DNA from: Amphiplicatus sp.
GTDB taxonomy: Bacteria > Pseudomonadota > Alphaproteobacteria > Caulobacterales > Parvularculaceae
Length of the DNA: 64,000 bases
Assembly: GCA_040216495.1 (NCBI GenBank)
Contig: JAVJPA010000175.1
Span: 7,333-71,332, forward strand
Reading direction: 5' to 3'
Part shown: one piece after another, positions 24,143-34,357 of the stretch
Layout of the letters: each line of letters begins with the position of its first letter
Numbering within the stretch: the stretch's first letter is position 1
Translations under genes and position numbers: made by a program
The notes under the pieces: generated by a model
What the model was told of the DNA's origin: nothing
Database searches by the model: none
The model's input: the letters and a program-made list of their open reading frames with translations, nothing else

Positions 24143-25216
24143 TCAGCCCGCCGCGCCGGCCGCTTGCTTGGCCTCGCCGAGCCCGATGCGCGCGCCATCG
24201 AAGCCCCGCTCGCGGATGCGCGCGATCCAGTCGGCGTTGCCGAGATACCAGTCGACGGTGCTCGTTAGGCCCGTTTCCAGGGTCATCTTCGGCGTCCAGC
24301 CAAGCTCGCGCTCGATCTTCGAGCAGTCGACGGCGTAGCGCAGGTCGTGGCCCGGCCGGTCGGTGACGAATTTGATGAGGCTCTCATGCCCGCCAGCCTG
24401 CGCGTTCGGGCGGCGATCGTCGAGGATGCGGCAGATCATCCGCACCAGATCGATATTCGTCCGCTCGGCGCGCCCGCCCACATTGTAGGTCTCGCCGGGA
24501 ACGCCCCGCTGCGCGATGAGAAGGAGCGCGTCGGCATGGTCTTCAACATAGAGCCAGTCGCGCACATTCTCGCCCTTGCCGTAGACCGGGATCGTCTTGC
24601 CGGCGACGGCGTTGAGAATGACGACGGGGAGGAGCTTTTCGGTAAACTCGTACGGCCCGTAATTGTTCGACCAGTTGGAGACAACGACGGGGAGCTTGAA
24701 CGTCTCGCCCCAGGCGCGCGCCAGCATGTCGGACGAGGCTTTCGACGCCGAATAGGGCGAGTTCGGACGATAGGGCGAGGTTTCCGTGAAGGCGCCCGTG
24801 GCGCCCAGCGTGCCGAAGACTTCGTCGGTCGAGATATGGTGGAAGCGGAACCCTTCCGGCGCCTCGCCGGCGGCGACGTAATCGCGCGCGGCTTCCAGAA
24901 GGCGGAAGGTGCCGATGATGTTGGTTTCGATGAACGCCGCCGGCCCGTCGATGGAACGGTCCACATGGCTCTCCGCGGCGAGGTGCATAACGACGTCCGG
25001 GCGGAAGTCCGCCATCAGCGCGCGCATCCGCCCGCCGTCGCAGATATCGGCTTCTTCGAAGCGGTAATGGTTCGAGCCCGCGACCGGCGCCAGATTGTCG
25101 AGATTGGCGGCGTAGGTCAGCTTGTCGATGACGAGCACGTCATGCCCGGCGGCGACCGCCTGCCTCACGACCGCCGAGCCGATGAAGCCCGCTCCCCCGG
25201 TGACCAAGATCTTCAT
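24143..25216 (-). CDS. rfbB: dTDP-glucose 4,6-dehydratase
   Basis: [56 protein letters not shown]. Confidence 0.95.
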   Translation of the reverse strand: MKILVTGGAGFIGSAVVRQAVAAGHDVLVIDKLTYAANLDNLAPVAGSNHYRFEEADICDGGRMRALMADFRPDVVMHLAAESHVDRSIDGPAAFIETNIIGTFRLLEAARDYVAAGEAPEGFRFHHISTDEVFGTLGATGAFTETSPYRPNSPYSASKASSDMLARAWGETFKLPVVVSNWSNNYGPYEFTEKLLPVVILNAVAGKTIPVYGKGENVRDWLYVEDHADALLLIAQRGVPGETYNVGGRAERTNIDLVRMICRILDDRRPNAQAGGHESLIKFVTDRPGHDLRYAVDCSKIERELGWTPKMTLETGLTSTVDWYLGNADWIARIRERGFDGARIGLGEAKQAAGAAG

Positions 25217-25357
25217 ACGCGCCCGTTTCCGCTTTTTCCGTTGCGCCCGGCCTTACTATAGGCCCGCTCCCCGCGCCACCCTGGCGAGGTTACAATACAA
25301 TCGGTTAGCAAGACTTCGACCACGCCAGGCGCGCAAGGCCGTGCCGTTTCGGGACGC

Positions 25358-26686
25358 CTAGAGGGCTTCCTGAAAGCGCAACGGCGCACCCCTCGCCTCG
25401 CCGACCAGCGCGCCGTCCCACATGGCCCGCCGCCCCCGTATGATCGTCCCGATGGGCCAGCCGGTAACCGTCATGCCGTTGAAGGGCGTCCAGCCGCTGC
25501 GGGTCGCCTGTTCGGCGTCGGTGATCGTGTGGCGCTTTTTCAGATCGACAATGGTGAAATCCGCGTCGTAGCCGACCGCTAATCTGCCTTTGCCCGCGAT
25601 GCCGAAGATGCGATTCGGACCGTGGCAGACGAGATCGACCAGCCGCGCCAGCGACAATCGTCTATTCGCCACATGATCCAACATCACCGGCAGCAAGGTC
25701 TGCACGCCGGGCATGCCGGAAGGCGATGCGGGATAGGGCTTGGCTTTCTCTTCGCGCGTATGCGGCGCGTGATCGGAGCCGATCACATCGATCACCCCTT
25801 GCGCGACGCCGAGCCACAGCCCGTCGCGATGGCGCGCGTCGCGCACTGGCGGGTTCATCTGCGCCAAGCCTTTCAGCTCTTCGTAACAGCCGGGCGCCGC
25901 GAGAGTCAGGTGCTGCGGCGTCGCTTCGGCGGTGGCGATGTCTTTCGCCGCCGCGAGGATCGGAATTTCGTCCGCCGTCGAAATATGCAGCACATGAATG
26001 CGCCGCCCCGTCTCGCGCGCGAGCCGCAGCAGGCGGTTCGTGCACGACACCGCCGCTTCGACCGAGCGCACGTCGGGATGCGACGTCCAGTCGCCTTCGC
26101 GCGCGCGCGCCTTGCCGTCGCGCAGCATGAACTCGTCTTCGGAATGAATCGCGACGCGCCGGCGCCCGTGCCGCAACACTTCGCGCACGCCGTCATCGTC
26201 TTCAACCAGAAGGTCGCCGGTCGAGGCGCCCATGAAAATCTTCACGCCGCAGACGCCCGGCAGGCGCTCAAGCTCCGCGAGGTCGCGCGGATTGTGATGC
26301 GTCGCGCCGACATAAAAAGCGTGGTCGCAATACATTCGCCCCTTGGCGCGGGCGAGCTTATCTTCGATCGCTTCTTTCGTGGTGGTCAGCGGGTTGGTGT
26401 TCGGCATTTCAAAAACGGCCGTCACGCCGCCGAGCACCGCCGCCTTGCCTCCCGTTTCAAGGTCTTCCTTGTGGGTCGGTCCCGGCTCGCGGAAATGCAC
26501 CTGGCTGTCGATGACGCCGGGCAGCACATGCAAGCCAGCGCAGTCGATGGTCTCACCCGCCGAGGCGCCGGAAAGAGAGCCGACTTCAGCGATGCGCCCG
26601 CCAGTCACGCCGACATCGCGCACGCCCTCGCCGTCATGGTTGACGACGGTTCCGCCCTTTAGGATGAGATCGAAGGTTTTGGCCAT
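25358..26686 (-). CDS. pyrC: Dihydroorotase
   Basis: PGVIDSQVHFREPG, EMPNT, KIFMG, HVLHIS, MNPP, GSDHAPH, SPSGMPG. Confidence 0.9.
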   Translation of the reverse strand: MAKTFDLILKGGTVVNHDGEGVRDVGVTGGRIAEVGSLSGASAGETIDCAGLHVLPGVIDSQVHFREPGPTHKEDLETGGKAAVLGGVTAVFEMPNTNPLTTTKEAIEDKLARAKGRMYCDHAFYVGATHHNPRDLAELERLPGVCGVKIFMGASTGDLLVEDDDGVREVLRHGRRRVAIHSEDEFMLRDGKARAREGDWTSHPDVRSVEAAVSCTNRLLRLARETGRRIHVLHISTADEIPILAAAKDIATAEATPQHLTLAAPGCYEELKGLAQMNPPVRDARHRDGLWLGVAQGVIDVIGSDHAPHTREEKAKPYPASPSGMPGVQTLLPVMLDHVANRRLSLARLVDLVCHGPNRIFGIAGKGRLAVGYDADFTIVDLKKRHTITDAEQATRSGWTPFNGMTVTGWPIGTIIRGRRAMWDGALVGEARGAPLRFQEAL

Positions 26687-26774
26687 GAAGGGGTTCTAGT
26701 CGGTCCTTCACAAGCCCGCAAACAGGGTTTTATCCGGCTTGGCGGCGAGGCCCGCCGCGCCTAAATCACCACCC

Positions 26775-27617
26775 ATGCCCCAGACCGCTTTCCTCGCTTC
26801 CCGCGCCGTTCTGAAAATCGCAGGCCCTGACGCCCGCTCCTTCTTGCAAGGGATCGCCACCCAGAATGTGGAGAGCCTCAAGGAGGGCGAAGCGGCGTTC
26901 TCGGCGCTGTTGACGCCGCAGGGAAAGATCCTGTTCGATTTCATTCTCGTCGCGACCGGCGACGGCTTTCTGGTCGATTGCGCCAGCGAGGCGGCGGAAA
27001 GTCTCGCCAAGCGCCTGTCGCTGTATCGCCTGCGCGCCAAGGTGACGATTGAGGCAGCGCCCGGCTTGGCGGTCGGCGCCGCCTGGAACGGCGCCCTTGA
27101 AAATGCGCCCGCCGGCGTGGTTGCTTTCATGGACCCGCGGCTTGCAGCCCTCGGCCAGCGCGTCATCGGCCAAAAAGAAACGGTCCTCGCGATTGCAGAT
27201 CAAAAATCCGAGCCCCTCTATGACGCGCACCGTCTCGCCCTCGGCGTTCCCGAATTTGGGCGCGATTTCGGGGGCGACGAGGTCTTTCTTCTCGACGTGA
27301 ACTACGACGCGCTCAAAGGCGTGGATTACAAAAAAGGGTGTTTCGTCGGACAGGAAGTGACGAGCCGCATGAAGCGCAAGGGGGAAGTCCGCAAGCGGAC
27401 GTTAGCCTTGAGCTTGGACGGTCCGCCCCCGCCCAAGGGAACGCCCGTGATGGCAGGCGAGAACGCCATTGGCGAAACGCTCTCCGGCGCTACGGGCTCG
27501 GCGCTCGCCCTGATCCGCATTGACCGCCTCGCGGCCGCGCGCGAAGCGGGATCGGCTCTTACGGCTGACGGACGAGAGGTGCGCATCTCGGTTCCCGGCT
27601 GGCTCGAACAGCGCTAG
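26775..27617 (+). CDS. ygfZ: Folate-binding Fe-S/tRNA-modification protein YgfZ
   Basis: G.DARSFLQG, LTPQGKI, signature KGCFVGQEVTSRM. Confidence 0.92.
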   Translation: MPQTAFLASRAVLKIAGPDARSFLQGIATQNVESLKEGEAAFSALLTPQGKILFDFILVATGDGFLVDCASEAAESLAKRLSLYRLRAKVTIEAAPGLAVGAAWNGALENAPAGVVAFMDPRLAALGQRVIGQKETVLAIADQKSEPLYDAHRLALGVPEFGRDFGGDEVFLLDVNYDALKGVDYKKGCFVGQEVTSRMKRKGEVRKRTLALSLDGPPPPKGTPVMAGENAIGETLSGATGSALALIRIDRLAAAREAGSALTADGREVRISVPGWLEQR

Positions 27618-27647
27618 CGTCCCTCAAAACAAGGGAGGGAGAACCCC

Positions 27648-28058
27648 ATGTCGCCAACCGCAACCGCGCTTCTCGGCTTCGCCGCCTGGACGCTTTTTCT
27701 CGTCATGTCGCTCGGCGTCTTCCGCACCAGCATCGCGATGACGAAGGGCAAGAAGGCCAACACGTTCAGCCCGTCGGGCGAAGATCTCGGCGGGCTCGGC
27801 CAGCGCCTCACCCGCGCCCACGCCAATTGCTATGAGAACCTTCCCGTCGCCGGCGTTATCCTGCTCTACGCCATCGCCACCGGCCAGACGGCGCTTACCG
27901 ACCCGCTCGCCTACGCCTTTATCGGCGCGCGCATCCTGCAATCGGCGACGCATGTCGTCTCGACCAGCAATATGGCGGTGCTCATCCGTTTCGCGCTGTT
28001 TCTTGTGCAGATCGTGATCCTGATCGTCTGGCTTTTGAAACTGTTCCATCATATCTGA
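27648..28058 (+). CDS. MAPEG-family membrane protein
   Basis: Hydrophobic helices; RLTRAHANCYENLP; FIGARILQS..H. Confidence 0.82.
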   Translation: MSPTATALLGFAAWTLFLVMSLGVFRTSIAMTKGKKANTFSPSGEDLGGLGQRLTRAHANCYENLPVAGVILLYAIATGQTALTDPLAYAFIGARILQSATHVVSTSNMAVLIRFALFLVQIVILIVWLLKLFHHI

Positions 28059-28063
28059 TCGCC

Positions 28064-28666
28064 ATGACCGAAACCGCCGATACGATCTGCGCCTGGGCGC
28101 CGCTCGATGACGCGCTCTATCGTCAGTATCATGACGAGGAATGGGGCGTCCCCGAGTATGACGACCGGGCGCTATTCGAGAAGCTGATTCTCGACGGATT
28201 TCAGGCGGGACTCTCGTGGCGGACCATTCTCTACAAGCGCGAGAATTTCCGCCGCGCCTTCGACGGGTTCGATCCGCAAAAGATCGTCCGCTACACGCCG
28301 AAGAAGATCGAAAAACTGATGCAGGACGAGGGCATCATCCGGTCGCGGACCAAGATTGACGCGACCATCGGCAACGCCCGCGCCTATCTTGATATTATGG
28401 AGAAGCGCGAAGACGGGTTTTCCGGGCTGCTCTGGGACTTTGTCGGCGGCAAACCGAAAGTGAACGCCTGGACGCAATTTCGGCAGGCGCCGACCAAATC
28501 GCCGGAAAGCGAAGCGATGGCGAAAGAATTGAAGCGCCTCGGCTTTAAGTTCTGCGGGCCTGTCATCGTCTACGCCTTCATGCAGGCGACGGGCATGGTC
28601 AACGATCACGAAGTGCGGTGTCCGCGCCACAAGGCGGTGCAGAAAAAGCGCCGGGCGGTTGCCTGA
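28064..28666 (+). CDS. tag: DNA-3-methyladenine glycosylase I
   Basis: YHDEEWG, LFEKLILDGFQAGLSW, KRENFRRAF, GFKFCGP, MQATGMVNDH. Confidence 0.94.
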   Translation: MTETADTICAWAPLDDALYRQYHDEEWGVPEYDDRALFEKLILDGFQAGLSWRTILYKRENFRRAFDGFDPQKIVRYTPKKIEKLMQDEGIIRSRTKIDATIGNARAYLDIMEKREDGFSGLLWDFVGGKPKVNAWTQFRQAPTKSPESEAMAKELKRLGFKFCGPVIVYAFMQATGMVNDHEVRCPRHKAVQKKRRAVA

Positions 28667-28728
28667 CCTTGCCGATAAGCGCAGACTGGCCGCAACCATA
28701 AACTACTGACCGCGCGCGAGTTTCCGCC

Positions 28729-29889
28729 ATGACCGCTGCTTCCAGCCCCGATATACGCATTGTCGCGACCGGGCTTTTCACGCCGCCGCACTCGATCTCC
28801 AACGAGGAGCTGGTCATCGCTTTCAACGCCTATGTCGAGCGCTACAACGCCGACAATGCGCCGGCGATCGCGAAGGGCGAGATTGAGCCGCTGCAACCCT
28901 CTTCCGCCGACTTCATCGAGAAAGCATCCGGCATCAAGTCGCGGCGCGTCATGGACAAGGCCGGCATTCTCGACATCGCGCGCATGGCGCCATACTTCTC
29001 TGCGCGGTCCAACGAAGAATTGTCGATCCTCGCCGAAATGGCGGTCAACGCCGCGCGCGACGCGATGCGCGCCGCCGATCTCGGCTCTAAGGACATTGAC
29101 GGCGTCATTTGCGCCGCGTCGAACCTGCAACGGGGCTATCCGGCGATCGCGGTCGAAATCCAGGACGCGCTCGGCATCGAAGGCTTCGGGTTCGACATGA
29201 ATGTCGCCTGCGCTTCGGCGGCCTTCGGCATCGAGACCGGGCTCGGGCTCATCCGGGCCGGGTCGCGGCGCATCCTGATGGTGAACCCGGAAATCTGCTC
29301 GGCGCATCTCAATTTCCGCGACCGCGACAGCCATTTCATTTTCGGCGACGTGGCGACGGCGGTTATTCTCGAGCGCATAGACGGATCGGCGCGAAGCGAA
29401 TCCTATGAAATTCTCGGCACGCGGTTGAAGACGAAATTCTCCAATAACATCCGCAACAATTTCGGCTTCCTCAACCACTGCGAGCGCGAAACCGGCGAGC
29501 CCGCCGATCCGCAGCGCACCCCGTCGACCGACAAGCTGTTCAAGCAGCAGGGCCGCAAGGTCTTCAAGGACGTGGTGCCGATGGTCGGCGACATGATCCT
29601 CGCCCACCTCGCCGATCTCGACATCGCGCCGGCTGACGTGAAACGCTTCTGGCTGCATCAGGCGAACCTCGCCATGAACGAATTCATCGCCCGCAAGGTG
29701 CTAGGCCGCGACGCGACGCGCGAGGAAGCGCCTGTCGTCCTTGACGAATACGCCAACACCTCGTCAGCCGGTTCGATCATCGCCTTTCACAAGCACCGCG
29801 CCGACTTCAGGCCGGGCGATATTGGCGTGATTTCCGGGTTCGGCGCCGGTTATTCGGCCGGCTCGGTGGTGGTCCGCAAAGCCGCATAA
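28729..29889 (+). CDS. Beta-ketoacyl-ACP synthase III-like enzyme (long N-terminal PA3286-type)
   Basis: FDMNVAC, HQAN, YANTSSAGS, FGAGYS; N-terminal TP..SISNEELV..FNAYV...N, FIEKASGIKSR. Confidence 0.88.
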   Translation: MTAASSPDIRIVATGLFTPPHSISNEELVIAFNAYVERYNADNAPAIAKGEIEPLQPSSADFIEKASGIKSRRVMDKAGILDIARMAPYFSARSNEELSILAEMAVNAARDAMRAADLGSKDIDGVICAASNLQRGYPAIAVEIQDALGIEGFGFDMNVACASAAFGIETGLGLIRAGSRRILMVNPEICSAHLNFRDRDSHFIFGDVATAVILERIDGSARSESYEILGTRLKTKFSNNIRNNFGFLNHCERETGEPADPQRTPSTDKLFKQQGRKVFKDVVPMVGDMILAHLADLDIAPADVKRFWLHQANLAMNEFIARKVLGRDATREEAPVVLDEYANTSSAGSIIAFHKHRADFRPGDIGVISGFGAGYSAGSVVVRKAA

Positions 29890-29893
29890 ACGA

Positions 29894-29919
29894 AAAGAGC
29901 CGCCCTCGGGCGGCTCTTT
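29894..29919. terminator. Bidirectional intrinsic terminator
   Basis: AAAGAGCCGCC-CTCG-GGCGGCTCTTT between convergent genes. Confidence 0.8.
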
Positions 29920-29940
29920 CCCTGAGTGCGTTGAAGCGCC

Positions 29941-31617
29941 CTATTTTTTGTGCGTCACTGTCAGGTTAATCGTATCGGGAACCGCTTGCGGCCCGGTCTG
30001 GCCGATCTCGGAGAGAGCCTTGAACGTCACGGGCTCGGCGGGTTTCGCAGCGATGTTGAGCGCTCCGCCCTCAGCGACAAAGCTTGCGAACGCCTCGACA
30101 TAGTCGGCGATGCGCGGAGAAAGCGCCGCCGCCTGCATGCCGGAAAGCCGGATCATCGCCGGCGCCGAAGCGCGAAGATCGGCGCCCGACTGGTTCATCT
30201 GCAAGCCGGCGATATCGAAGACGGCGTCGAGCAGCTTTTCGTCGACGATCGTCATGGTGAAGCTTTTGAACGCCCCGTACTCGGCGACCGCATCATTCTG
30301 CCCGGCTTCCATCGCCTTGTTGATCTTCTCAAGCTCCAGTCCGGCGAGCGCCATGTCGAAATCGAGATCGGCGAGACCCTGCGTGTCGAAGTCGGTTGCG
30401 AGCGCCGCCCCGCCCTTGTCCGCATCCCAGTCCCACGCGAAGGTTCCGGCTCCTTTTACGTTGTTCAGCCCATGACGTTTGACGATCTCCAGCGCCTTTT
30501 CTTCTTCCGGCGGAAGATAGGCGGAGAAGTCGTAGACGGCGCCTTTCGTCTCGGTGCGGATTTTCGACGGCATCAGCCAGGTGAACTCCGCGGCGGAGAC
30601 CGTCGCCTCCGCCACGGTCGCGGCCTTGCGGCCGTCGATATGCGTCGTCGTGTCGAGGATCTTCATCGTGCCGAGATTGATGAGATTGCGCGCGGTGAGC
30701 GGCGGCTTCTCATCCTTCAGCGCGTAGCCCATCCAGCCCGAGAGGTCGACGCTGCGCCACTCGAACGACTTCATTGTGACACGCTGGTTCGCCGGCGCGA
30801 TGAATGCGGCCAGGGGACCGTTGAGAAGCATGGCGCCCTGCGGCCCGAAGGATTCCGCCATCGCCTGGCGCGCCTCGGGCGTCTGGACGATCTCGTATTC
30901 AGCATTCTTGACGATCATCGCGCCGAGCTTGCCGCCCCCCAGTCCCACAAAGCGCAGGTCCGGCGCCTTGAAGGCGAGCTTGCCGCCCTCTTCGGAATCT
31001 TCGCCGGCGACATTGATGTCCTTGAAATAAAGCCCCGCCAAATCGAACGCGTTGAAGAAATGCCCAACGCCTTTTGCGTTCTCCTCATCCTCGGCGAAAC
31101 CGCCTTGCCGGATGCGGAACCGGTCGATTTCGACCGCGCCGATGCTCGCGTCCGCATCGTTCTCATCCGCCGACTGGGTTGTCAGGCCGAACAGACGCAC
31201 TTTTTGGAAAATACTCTCGAAAGGCGCATCGATCGCGCCGACGCCGGTCTTGGCGCGCTCGATCGCGTCGAGGTCAACGCCATAGAACTCGGCGCGCTCG
31301 ACAAGGAGCTTTTCGTCCGATCCGTCGTCATCGTCGCTGAAGACCAGCCCGGTGACAACCGTAGCGCCGAGCTTCTCGTCGAAGGCGGCGGTTTCATAGG
31401 TCGGGCGGCCGCCTTCAGGCAGCAGCGCGAAAATCGCATCGGCTTCGACGGCTTCAGCGCCCTTCAAGGCGAACGGCGCATCGAGCGGCGAGCCGGCGTT
31501 GGTCTGCGCCGCTGCGGCGCTCGATTTCGTCTCAGGCGCGCCGGCGCCGTCTTTCTTGCCGCAGCCGCCGAGGGCGAGCGCCGCGACGCCCGCCAGAAGA
31601 AGTGACCGCTTGAACAT
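29941..31617 (-). CDS. Uncharacterised lipoprotein (about 558 aa)
   Basis: MFKRSLLLAGVAALALGGC lipobox; long coherent ORF; no family recognised. Confidence 0.8.
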   Translation of the reverse strand: MFKRSLLLAGVAALALGGCGKKDGAGAPETKSSAAAAQTNAGSPLDAPFALKGAEAVEADAIFALLPEGGRPTYETAAFDEKLGATVVTGLVFSDDDDGSDEKLLVERAEFYGVDLDAIERAKTGVGAIDAPFESIFQKVRLFGLTTQSADENDADASIGAVEIDRFRIRQGGFAEDEENAKGVGHFFNAFDLAGLYFKDINVAGEDSEEGGKLAFKAPDLRFVGLGGGKLGAMIVKNAEYEIVQTPEARQAMAESFGPQGAMLLNGPLAAFIAPANQRVTMKSFEWRSVDLSGWMGYALKDEKPPLTARNLINLGTMKILDTTTHIDGRKAATVAEATVSAAEFTWLMPSKIRTETKGAVYDFSAYLPPEEEKALEIVKRHGLNNVKGAGTFAWDWDADKGGAALATDFDTQGLADLDFDMALAGLELEKINKAMEAGQNDAVAEYGAFKSFTMTIVDEKLLDAVFDIAGLQMNQSGADLRASAPAMIRLSGMQAAALSPRIADYVEAFASFVAEGGALNIAAKPAEPVTFKALSEIGQTGPQAVPDTINLTVTHKK

Positions 31618-31730
31618 TGGAAGGCTCCCCTCTGTGTAAATTCCAGCCGGGACCGTCATGCCCGCCGGCCGAGTTGCGCCGACCCTCTTGGCCCGAAAGA
31701 TCCTGCGGCGCAAGCGCGCCAGGCCGCTTC

Positions 31731-32357
31731 CTAGGGGCGGTTTATGACCGATTGCACAAGCCGCCTCGCCTCTGGGCTTTGCCAGTCCGCCTCGCCGACC
31801 AGCCGGCCGACTTCCTGCCCCTTCCGGTCGTAAAGGATCGAGACAGGCAACACCGAACCGCCGCCAACCGAACTCGCCAACCTGAGGCGCGGATCGGCGT
31901 AGAGTTTGAGATGCGCAATATCGAGCTTCTTGAGGAAGTCGCCTGCAACCTGCGGCCCGCGAGGATCGGCGGCGATGGCGACGACTTCGAAATCCTCGCC
32001 GCCCAGCGCCTCCTGAAGCTTATCGAGCGAGGGCAACTCCTTCAGGCACGGCGCGCACCAGGTCGCCCAGAAATTGACGAGAATGACCCGACCGCGAAAG
32101 TCTTCGAGCGTGAGCGCTGCGCCGTCATGCTCGAAAGGGGCCAGCGGCATGCCGCGCGGCGGAAAGGCGTACTCGAAATCGGCCATCTCTCCGACCAGCA
32201 AGGCAGGATCGTTCGGCTGCGCGGGCCGGGCCGTTTTCGGCCCGCTCTGGACGCTGGCGGCAATGATGACGTAGAGGACGACGAGCGCGCCGACGCCGCC
32301 CCAAGCGAACAACCAAAAGCCGGGTTTTTTCAGCGCGTTCACGAAAACTGTCTCCAT
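31731..32357 (-). CDS. TlpA-family thiol:disulfide oxidoreductase
   Basis: N-terminal TM; [18 protein letters not shown]. Confidence 0.92.
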   Translation of the reverse strand: METVFVNALKKPGFWLFAWGGVGALVVLYVIIAASVQSGPKTARPAQPNDPALLVGEMADFEYAFPPRGMPLAPFEHDGAALTLEDFRGRVILVNFWATWCAPCLKELPSLDKLQEALGGEDFEVVAIAADPRGPQVAGDFLKKLDIAHLKLYADPRLRLASSVGGGSVLPVSILYDRKGQEVGRLVGEADWQSPEARRLVQSVINRP

Positions 32358-32374
32358 CCTGCGGGGCCTGCCCG

Positions 32375-33775
32375 ATGTCAGATAAGGCGAGCGAAGAAAA
32401 AAACAAAATGTGGGGCGGGCGTTTCGCCCGCGGCCCGGCCGCCATCATGGAGGAAATCAACGCTTCCATCGATGTGGACAAGCGGCTGTGGCGCGAGGAC
32501 ATCGCCGGCTCGAAAGCCCATGCGACGATGCTCGCCAAGCAGGGGATCGTTTCTGAGGCGGACTGCGAGGCTATCCTCAAAGGGCTCGACGAGATCGCCG
32601 GCGAAATCGAGCGCGGCGAGTTCGCTTTCTCAAAAACATACGAAGACATTCATTTGAACATCGAAGCCCGTCTCAAGGCGCGCATCGGCGACCCCGCGTC
32701 CCGACTTCACACCGCTCGCTCGCGCAACGATCAGGTGGCGACGGATTTTCGCCTCTGGGTGCGGCGCGCCTGCGACGAGTCGGGCGAAGCGCTGCGCGGC
32801 CTTCAATCGGCGTTGCTGACGAAAGCAGAACAGCACGCCGCATCGGTGATGCCCGGCTACACCCACCTGCAAACGGCGCAACCTGTCACCTTCGGGCATC
32901 ATTGTCTCGCCTATGTGGAAATGTTCGCGCGCGACCGCGCGCGTTTCGCCAATGCGCGCGCGCGCATGAACGAGTGCCCGCTCGGCGCCGCCGCACTTGC
33001 AGGCACGCCCTATCCAATCGACCGCGAGGCGACCGCAAGCGCGCTCGGATTTGCGCGGCCGATGGCGAACTCGCTGGATGCAGTTTCTTCGCGCGACTTT
33101 GCGCTCGAAGCGCTCGCCGCCGCCGCCATTAGCGCCAGCAACCTGTCGCGCCTCGCTGAAGAGATCGTGCTGTGGACCTCGCCGCATTTCGGCTTTGCGA
33201 AGCTGACCGACGCCTTCTCCACCGGCTCCTCGATCATGCCGCAAAAGAAAAACCCGGACGCCGCCGAACTCGTTCGCGCTAAGATCGGGCGCATCGCCGG
33301 CTCGTTCGCCGGTCTTCTCTTCGTTATGAAGGGCCTGCCGCTCGCCTATTCGAAGGACATGCAGGAAGACAAGAAACAGACGTTCGAAGCGTTCGACGAT
33401 CTCGCGCTAGCGCTCGCCGCGATGGCCGGCATGATCGACGATATGACCATGAACGAAGACGCGATGCGGGCGGCGTCGGGCGGCGGCTATTCGACCGCGA
33501 CCGATCTCGCCGACTGGCTGGTGCGAACGCTCGCCATGCCGTTCCGCGACGCGCATCATGTGACGGGGCGCATCGTGGCCCTCGCCGAGGAGATAAGCGC
33601 GACGCTAGACGCGCTGTCGCTCGAAGAGATGCAAAAGATCGAACCGCGCATCACGCCCGAAATTTTCTCTGTGCTGACCGTCGACGCCTCGATCGCCTCG
33701 CGCACATCATACGGCGGAACCGCGCCCGACAATGTCCGCCGCCAGATTGCGCGCTGGCGCGCCGAACTCGCTTAA
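32375..33775 (+). CDS. argH: Argininosuccinate lyase
   Basis: [58 protein letters not shown]. Confidence 0.97.
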   Translation: MSDKASEEKNKMWGGRFARGPAAIMEEINASIDVDKRLWREDIAGSKAHATMLAKQGIVSEADCEAILKGLDEIAGEIERGEFAFSKTYEDIHLNIEARLKARIGDPASRLHTARSRNDQVATDFRLWVRRACDESGEALRGLQSALLTKAEQHAASVMPGYTHLQTAQPVTFGHHCLAYVEMFARDRARFANARARMNECPLGAAALAGTPYPIDREATASALGFARPMANSLDAVSSRDFALEALAAAAISASNLSRLAEEIVLWTSPHFGFAKLTDAFSTGSSIMPQKKNPDAAELVRAKIGRIAGSFAGLLFVMKGLPLAYSKDMQEDKKQTFEAFDDLALALAAMAGMIDDMTMNEDAMRAASGGGYSTATDLADWLVRTLAMPFRDAHHVTGRIVALAEEISATLDALSLEEMQKIEPRITPEIFSVLTVDASIASRTSYGGTAPDNVRRQIARWRAELA

Positions 33776-33786
33776 GGGAGACGCCG

Positions 33787-33909
33787 ATGAGACTCGTCCT
33801 GATCGCCCTCGCCGCCCTGACGTTCCTCTCCGCCTGCGGCAAGAAAGCGCCGCTGCGTCCGCCGGGCTCGGACAGGCCGGGCGAAGACTCGCGCTTTGTA
33901 GAACCGTAG
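33787..33909 (+). CDS. Small lipoprotein, LptM/LppL-like (40 aa; below the ORF-track cutoff)
   Basis: MRLVLIALAALTFLSACGKKAPLRPPGSDRPGEDSRFVEP*; SD GGGAG; lipobox LSAC followed by CG.K..L..P; located between argH and lysA. Confidence 0.75.
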   Translation: MRLVLIALAALTFLSACGKKAPLRPPGSDRPGEDSRFVEP

Positions 33910-33927
33910 CGCGAAGCGCTGTGCGCC

Positions 33928-34332
33928 ATGACCGAACGGACCGCCGCCTGCAGTTGCGGAAAGCTCCGCATCGCCGTCTCCGGCGACCCCGTTCGCGTCT
34001 CCATCTGTCACTGCCTTGAGTGTCAGAAGCGGACGGGAAGCGTCTTCGGCGCTCAGGCCCGCTTCCGCCGCGATCAGGTGATTTCGATGGAAGGCGCGTT
34101 TACGACCTACACGCGCGTTGGAGACGAGGGCGTCGGCGCGGATTTTCATTTCTGCCCGGCCTGCGGCTCGATCGTGCATTACGCCATCCGCGATCAACCT
34201 GATCTCATCGCCATCCCGGTCGGCGCTTTCGCGGACCCTTCTTTTCCGGCGCCGCAAGTCTCAGTTTACGAGGCGCGGCGGCATCATTGGGTGTTGCTTC
34301 CGGACGATGGCTCGCTGCACCATATCGACTGA
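33928..34332 (+). CDS. GFA (CENP-V/glutathione-dependent formaldehyde-activating) family protein
   Basis: CSCG, CHCLECQKRTGS, FCPACGS. Confidence 0.9.
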   Translation: MTERTAACSCGKLRIAVSGDPVRVSICHCLECQKRTGSVFGAQARFRRDQVISMEGAFTTYTRVGDEGVGADFHFCPACGSIVHYAIRDQPDLIAIPVGAFADPSFPAPQVSVYEARRHHWVLLPDDGSLHHID

Positions 34333-34357
34333 CGTTTCAGCGCCAGAGGAATTTCCC

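Noticed and set aside
29950-31605. 551-aa plus-strand ORF
   Set aside because: Antisense shadow of the lipoprotein gene, which has the lipobox and the better coding pattern.
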